A stretch of DNA of 64,000 nt, taken from positions 224,001 through 288,000 of the forward strand of contig OZ250172.1 of the NCBI GenBank assembly GCA_965237905.1, given 5' to 3'. Position numbers and translations under genes: made by a program. The DNA comes from Nitrospinaceae bacterium (GTDB taxonomy: Bacteria > Nitrospinota > Nitrospinia > Nitrospinales > Nitrospinaceae). Of the stretch, positions 61,403-64,000 are shown one piece after another. Every line of letters begins with the position of its first letter. Position 1 is the first letter of the stretch. Under the pieces are notes generated by a model. The model was not told the DNA's origin. It worked only from the letters and a program-made list of their open reading frames with translations, and did no database searches.

Positions 61403-62895
61403 GGCAGAAGCCCCCTTCCCGCCAAGCCGATGGCCTTGAGCATGGCCTTGCCCTTGTTCATAGTCTCTTCGAATTCATTTTCCGGCACCGAGTCAGCGAC
61501 AATTCCCGCCCCGACCCCAAGGTAGCCCACCTGATCTTTGACCATCAAAGTACGAATGGCGATGGCGGTGTCCATATTGCCTGAAAAGCTGATGTAGCCG
61601 ACGGCTCCGGCATAAATCCCGCGACGTGTCGGTTCCAACTCGTCGATGATCTCCATGGCGCGAATCTTGGGAGCACCGGAAACCGTACCTGCCGGGAACG
61701 CCGCTTTCAGTACATCAAAGCAGTCCAGCCCTTCCTTCAACTTGCCGCGCACATTGGAAACGATGTGCATGACGTGGGAATAGCGTTCGATGCTGAACTT
61801 CTCGTTGACCTCAACGGAATGGACCTGCGCCACCCGGCCGAGGTCGTTACGCCCCAGATCCACCAGCATGATGTGCTCGGCCAACTCCTTTTCATCCTGA
61901 AGCAGATCCTTTTCCAAAAATTGGTCTTCCTCTTCGTCCTTGCCGCGCTTGCGCGTTCCCGCGATGGGGCGCACTTCCACATCGTCGCCCTCCAACCGTA
62001 CCAGAACCTCCGGTGACGAACCGACCACCTGGATATCTCCAAAATTCAGATAGTACATGTAGGGAGAGGGGTTGATCGTCCGCAAAGCCCGGTAAATGGT
62101 GAACGGGTCCTGCTGAAGATCGAACTTGAGACGTTGCGCCAACACCACTTGAATGGCGTCGCCTTCATGAATATAACGTTTGGCCTTGAGCACCGCTTCC
62201 TTAAAGTGCTCCTTGGCAAAATTGGATTCGATGCGCGGGTCTTCATCCACCGATGCGCCGGGAGTTCCCGTAGAAATTTGGGGTGCGGGTTGGCGCAGTT
62301 TCGTTTCAAGAGCGTCGATTTTGGCGAGGGTTTCTTTATAGACCTCCTCCAGATCACGTCCCTGCGTATGCGCGTTGGACACCACCTTGATGGTCTGATT
62401 GACGTTATCGAAAATCAAAAGAGTATCGGTGATGATAAAAATCGAATCGGGAATATCCAGATCGTCTTCCGTCTCGTCCGGCAGATTTTCGAAATACCGC
62501 ACCATGTCGTAACTGATGAACCCCACTGCACCACCGGAAAACCGGGGCAGGCCCGGCATGTCCACCGGTTGGTACTGGGACAGAATCTCTTTTAAAACGG
62601 ACAGAGGGATAGCCCCCTCGACATTTTTCTTTTGCTCGACGCCGTTGTTACGGACGGTGACGGTAGAGCCTTTGGTCTCGATAATGATCGAAGGTCCGCA
62701 TCCCAGGAAGCAATAACGCGCCCACTTGTCGCCGCCCTCCACACTTTCGAGCAGAAACGAGTACGGCTCACCGCCGATCTTCATGTAAGCGGAGACGGGG
62801 GTGTCGAGATCGGCCAGGATTTCCTTATACACGGGAACCAGGTTGCCCCGGCTGGCACACTCTTTAAACTCTTCGAATGTCGGTTTGTACCCCAT
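61399..62895 (-). CDS. trpE: Anthranilate synthase component I
   Basis: [34 protein letters not shown]. Confidence 0.97.
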   Translation of the reverse strand: MGYKPTFEEFKECASRGNLVPVYKEILADLDTPVSAYMKIGGEPYSFLLESVEGGDKWARYCFLGCGPSIIIETKGSTVTVRNNGVEQKKNVEGAIPLSVLKEILSQYQPVDMPGLPRFSGGAVGFISYDMVRYFENLPDETEDDLDIPDSIFIITDTLLIFDNVNQTIKVVSNAHTQGRDLEEVYKETLAKIDALETKLRQPAPQISTGTPGASVDEDPRIESNFAKEHFKEAVLKAKRYIHEGDAIQVVLAQRLKFDLQQDPFTIYRALRTINPSPYMYYLNFGDIQVVGSSPEVLVRLEGDDVEVRPIAGTRKRGKDEEEDQFLEKDLLQDEKELAEHIMLVDLGRNDLGRVAQVHSVEVNEKFSIERYSHVMHIVSNVRGKLKEGLDCFDVLKAAFPAGTVSGAPKIRAMEIIDELEPTRRGIYAGAVGYISFSGNMDTAIAIRTLMVKDQVGYLGVGAGIVADSVPENEFEETMNKGKAMLKAIGLAGRGLLP

Positions 62896-62903
62896 AATCG
62901 CTC

Positions 62904-62930
62904 AATAAAAAAAGCACAGCGAAACTGTGC
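62904..62930 (-). terminator. Terminator-like hairpin in the trpE leader
   Basis: Minus strand GCACAG-TTTCG-CTGTGC followed by T7. Confidence 0.6.
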
Positions 62931-62985
62931 CTGAATGATCTACGACCGCAAAAAGCCGTCACAATTTCAATAGGTTAGTTTACAG

Positions 62986-63014
62986 ACTTTATCATTTCGG
63001 ATGAGACGGGTCAA
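62986..63014 (-). promoter_or_regulatory. Candidate sigma70 promoter of the trp operon
   Basis: Minus strand TTGACC-17nt-TAAAGT. Confidence 0.6.
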
Positions 63015-63084
63015 GGAGTTTGAAAGTGGAGAGAACGGTCCGTGGACCGTAACTTAAACCTTAAAAAATTCAATCAGTAACAAA

Positions 63085-63909
63085 CTACTCGACGGCGGTC
63101 CAGTCTTCACCGTTCCAGTGCAGGATGAGGCCGTTGTCGCCGACCGCGTACATATTTTCCTCGGAAGTCCCCCAGATAGCGGTCAGGTATTCTTCGGTAT
63201 TGGATTCAATCCGAGTCCACTGGTCACCGTCGAGAAACATGATCATTCCCATGTCGCCGACCGCGAAGACAAACTCCGCGCTGGGCCCCCAGATATCGAG
63301 AAAAAATTCCATGGTTTGGGAGGGCATTTCTTTGAACTCGGCACCGTTGAAATGGATGATGGTGCCGTCGGAACCGCAGAAGTACATGTTGTCCGATGCG
63401 AATCCGCAAATACTGTACAACTCGGCGTTGGAGTTGAAGGTCAGGCGTTCCCAATGATCGCCTACCAGACGCAGGACTAGTCCGTCGAAGCCGACGGCGT
63501 ACATGCACTCGTCATTGCCCCACAAAGAGGCGACATCGGTGTTCGTACCCGAACTCATGAACTTCCATTGGGAGCCGTTCCAGCGGCCGATTTTCCCCAA
63601 CCGGCAACCGACAAAAATATCATCCGGTCCCCGGCCCCAGATGGCAGACATGGGCGGAAAGCTTTCTGTATCCTCAGGCATCCATACTTTGCCATCGTAA
63701 TGCAAAATCTTGCCGTCGGTGCATACCCCGTACAGATTGTCTGGCGCGCTTCCCCACATCCGCTTCATGGTCCAGCGTCCGCCGGAATCCATTTTGGTCC
63801 ATTGCTTGCCGTCGAAATGCAGGATGGTTCCCTCGGCACCGCCGATGAATACATTGTCTTCGCCAAACCCGTAGATGGACAGCAAGTGACTGGTAGTCAG
63901 ACTGCTCAT
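63085..63909 (-). CDS. Beta-propeller repeat protein
   Basis: About seven ~38-aa repeats L..IWG....N.YAVG..G.ILH.DG..W; no signal peptide seen. Confidence 0.8.
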   Translation of the reverse strand: MSSLTTSHLLSIYGFGEDNVFIGGAEGTILHFDGKQWTKMDSGGRWTMKRMWGSAPDNLYGVCTDGKILHYDGKVWMPEDTESFPPMSAIWGRGPDDIFVGCRLGKIGRWNGSQWKFMSSGTNTDVASLWGNDECMYAVGFDGLVLRLVGDHWERLTFNSNAELYSICGFASDNMYFCGSDGTIIHFNGAEFKEMPSQTMEFFLDIWGPSAEFVFAVGDMGMIMFLDGDQWTRIESNTEEYLTAIWGTSEENMYAVGDNGLILHWNGEDWTAVE

Positions 63910-63957
63910 TCTCAACTCCCTTGAATAAAGTAAGCCCTATTCTATATTATTCGTGTC

Positions 63958-63982
63958 GCCCTTCGACAGGCTCAGGGTGACA
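63958..63982. repeat. REP-like palindromic unit
   Basis: cccttcgacaggctcagggtgaca, a short intergenic palindrome type recalled from other genomes; single copy here. Confidence 0.45.
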
Positions 63983-64000
63983 CCCTCTCTATTTTTCGAT

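Overview
Bacterial chromosomal window made mostly of core genes: recO, ridA, ugd, queA, HU/IHF, ftsB-eno-hemL-mtnP, asd-leuB, truA, two Mrp/ApbC ATPases, a type IIA topoisomerase pair in A-then-B order, two tandem GAF-GAF-PilB/GspE ATPases, trmFO-topA-dprA, proA and a complete trpEGDCFBA operon. The gene content (cytochrome c554 homologue, exported LRR/NHL proteins, GAF-PilB) suggests a Nitrospina-like organism; this is inference only. The most notable feature is a ~7.7 kb accessory block (17884-25645) between asd and mtnP. It holds eight short, co-oriented, compositionally mixed genes, most separated by full, partial or stub copies of a ~116-nt inverted-repeat element (ends AATGTCCGCTT...AAGCGGACATT-like) that usually overlaps the preceding gene's stop codon. 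It looks like an integron cassette array, but the sites lack the attC consensus. The block also contains two further copies of the mtnP upstream region, a near-identical duplicated cassette, two ankyrin lipoproteins and a tyrosine-recombinase remnant. No rRNA, tRNA or CRISPR array was recognised.
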